The notes under the pieces were generated by a model. That model ran no database searches and was not told the DNA's origin. It saw only the letters and a program-made list of their open reading frames with translations. From a virus (lineage: Duplodnaviria; Caudoviricetes), in the IMG/VR virus record IMGVR_UViG_3300029288_005816, positions 1 through 64,000 of that record: DNA of 64,000 nt; one strand, given 5' to 3'. Within the stretch, counting starts at the first letter, position 1. Each line of letters opens with the position of its first letter. The position numbers and the translations under genes are program-made. This document shows positions 62,333 to 64,000 of the stretch, in pieces.

Positions 62333-62356
62333 ATACGAAAAATATAAAAAAAAGTT
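62333..62356 (-). promoter_or_regulatory. ECF-like promoter AAC-N16-CGTAT
   Basis: TTAAC...TCGTATAA. Confidence 0.7.
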
Positions 62357-62380
62357 AATATTTATAGTAAAGATATTCCC

Positions 62381-62662
62381 ATGAAAAAATTTTTAGAAAT
62401 AATTAAAAAATATAAAGAAAGAAACTGCAAAACGTTTTTTGGAACTGCATTGCAAATGCTGATTTTCCACCATATAACCAGATTAATATTCTTTATGATT
62501 TTAGCAATAACAGGTGCCTTGGGTATTCAATATGGTGATAGTAGTGCAGTAATATGGAATATTCTATTTTATTCTGGATTAATATATTTAGCCATATTTG
62601 CTCTATTCGTAATTATTTTCGTTTGCATAATAAATCCAATAAGAAGTTTAAAAGAAAAATGA
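62381..62662 (+). CDS. small membrane protein
   Basis: Two TM segments. Confidence 0.65.
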   Translation: MKKFLEIIKKYKERNCKTFFGTALQMLIFHHITRLIFFMILAITGALGIQYGDSSAVIWNILFYSGLIYLAIFALFVIIFVCIINPIRSLKEK

Positions 62663-63084
62663 TAACTTGTATTATTATTGCCATTTTATTAATAATCGCA
62701 GCTATAAGTGATGCTGTAATGGATGTAATATCTTTTAAATTCTATCAGTCAGTATTCTCTAAATTTAAAAAACATGAAAATTGGTTTAATCCTTTAATAA
62801 GTTGGAAAAATAAATACAAAAATTGTGACCCATCAAAAGGTCCAGCATTCTTAGGAAGCACAACAGTCTTTTCATGGTTAACAGATGCCTGGCATTTTTT
62901 TCAAATGATTATGCTATCATGTTTTAATATTGCCATAGTACTTGGAATAAATTATATCTTTTTCTTAAATTACACAATTTGGAGCCTATTTATTATAGAT
63001 ATAATTATGTTTATAATTATAAAATTTTTATATGGATTAATATTTGAAATATTTTGGAAAAAGATTTTTATAAAAAAGAAATAA
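62659..63084 (+). CDS. hypothetical phage membrane protein
   Basis: WFNPLISWKNKYK...LTDAWHFFQ; start at 62659 gives ATGA overlap. Confidence 0.7.
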   Translation: MITCIIIAILLIIAAISDAVMDVISFKFYQSVFSKFKKHENWFNPLISWKNKYKNCDPSKGPAFLGSTTVFSWLTDAWHFFQMIMLSCFNIAIVLGINYIFFLNYTIWSLFIIDIIMFIIIKFLYGLIFEIFWKKIFIKKK

Positions 63085-63088
63085 AATT

Positions 63089-63637
63089 ATGAAAGAAGAT
63101 TTAACAAGCGAAAAAGATGCTAAAAAATTAGCAGATAACTTTGAGTCTACAACTCCTCCAAAAACGACTTACAATATAAAAGATAGATTGGAATACTATA
63201 AAGATAGAAAAAATAAAGCATCCGATTTAAATAAAAATCTAATAGATAAAATTAAAATTAAACATATTGGTAAATTTATTGGCTTGTATAATGTATATGA
63301 AGTAAATGGAGATTTAATAAGAACAGACATAGATATTGATTTTGTCAGTGGTGGTAACCCAGGAAGATATGCTTATGTCCCAGAAGGAGAAATATGGATT
63401 GATAGTAATCTTTTGCCAAATGATTTTGCTGCAACAGTTATTCATGAGTTTGTAGAATGCATGATAATGGAATATAAAGAAAAAAGCTATAATCATTCTC
63501 ATGATAAAGCTTCTGCACTCGAATTACGATTTAGAAAAAAACATATTAAAGAAGAAAATCAATCTATAAAAGTAGAATTTGAAAAAGCTAGTGAATTTGT
63601 TGTGAATTTTTTAAAGAATAAAAGCTCCAGAAACTAA
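63089..63637 (+). CDS. hypothetical protein with HExxE...H metal-binding motif
   Basis: EIWID..VIHEFVE..YNHSHDKA. Confidence 0.65.
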   Translation: MKEDLTSEKDAKKLADNFESTTPPKTTYNIKDRLEYYKDRKNKASDLNKNLIDKIKIKHIGKFIGLYNVYEVNGDLIRTDIDIDFVSGGNPGRYAYVPEGEIWIDSNLLPNDFAATVIHEFVECMIMEYKEKSYNHSHDKASALELRFRKKHIKEENQSIKVEFEKASEFVVNFLKNKSSRN

Positions 63638-63651
63638 TTTCTGAAGCTTTT
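63620..63651. terminator. bidirectional terminator
   Basis: AAAAGCTCCAGAAA-CTAA-TTTCTGAAGCTTTT between convergent genes. Confidence 0.7.
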
Positions 63652-63654
63652 TAT

Positions 63655-63927
63655 TTATAAACCTTCTCCTCTATCTAGAACTGGCTCCCATCTCAAATTA
63701 TTATTTTTAATAGCTTTATTAATCCATCTCATCAAAGTTATTACCTTTTCTTTTTTATGAAATACCCCATCACCAACATCAGCTCTATCACTAGCATCAA
63801 TACAAATTGTATACTTTTTATTCTCAACAATATAATTATAAATTAAATTGGAGCCAATGCAACATTCGTACTCTGCCATATTGTCGTTCCTTATCATTTC
63901 TGCCACGGTGTGCTTTAAATTTTCCAT
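63655..63927 (-). CDS. hypothetical protein
   Basis: 90-aa ORF. Confidence 0.65.
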   Translation of the reverse strand: MENLKHTVAEMIRNDNMAEYECCIGSNLIYNYIVENKKYTICIDASDRADVGDGVFHKKEKVITLMRWINKAIKNNNLRWEPVLDRGEGL

Positions 63928-64000
63928 AATATATAATTTTTGATTTGTTGTAATAGGAAGCAGGGAGTTGGAGTATGTAAAATAATTTTACCAATTATCT

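Noticed and set aside
1-64000. Integron integrase or other tyrosine recombinase
   Set aside because: No ORF shows the R-H-x-x-R-H-Y catalytic pattern; the array is integrase-less within this window.
1-64000. Alternative genetic code (stop reassignment)
   Set aside because: Conserved proteins (ligase, RecD2, ClpP, DnaJ, sigma) are full length under code 11, and TAA, TAG and TGA all terminate genes.
1-64000. Short antisense ORFs in the six-frame track (e.g. 542..724, 7508..7876, 22725..23006, 51840..52229)
   Set aside because: They lie entirely opposite well-supported genes and have the Phe/Leu/Ile/Ser-rich composition of shadow ORFs.
1-64000. Cellular (CPR or endosymbiont) or eukaryotic giant-virus origin
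   Set aside because: There are no ribosomal protein or rRNA operons, housekeeping genes are scattered singly among phage-type ORFs, and bacterial sigma factor, SmpB/tmRNA and Bacteroidota promoters argue for a bacteriophage.

Overview
Very AT-rich (roughly 25% GC by eye, not computed), gene-dense segment that reads as part of a huge/jumbo phage genome infecting a Bacteroidota host. Most genes are on the minus strand. They are short hypothetical ORFs mixed with host-takeover genes: infC, pth2, a minimal argS, smpB, clpP, dnaJ, coaD, a MazG-NadD fusion, a sigma-70 factor, DNA ligase, RecD2 helicase, Tpt1/KptA, ADP-ribosylglycohydrolase and a NitT/TauT-type ABC/OmpA/PspA-like membrane operon. 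Most plus-strand islands are free-standing endonuclease genes, and four of five are preceded by tiny ribbon-helix-helix ORFs. Three features absent from the ORF track stand out. (1) 58454-60787 is an integron-like array of at least 8 gene cassettes bounded by attC-type hairpins. The ORFs are inverted relative to the attC top strand, several ORF N-termini are encoded by the attC arm itself, one cassette is empty, two share a shell but carry different cargo, and no integrase is in the window. (2) 36421-36660 (minus) is a circularly permuted two-piece tmRNA gene with a G3:U70 alanine acceptor stem and a 26-aa tag (GENFIKKAAALAQMSYSQAPVSVLVA); SmpB and ClpP are encoded in the same window. (3) Thirteen copies of an ECF-sigma-like promoter (AAC-N16-CGTAT, spacer exactly 16 in all) coexist with Bacteroidota housekeeping promoters (TTTG-N18..20-TAnnTTTG). 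All protein calls come from motif recognition by eye; no database search was run.
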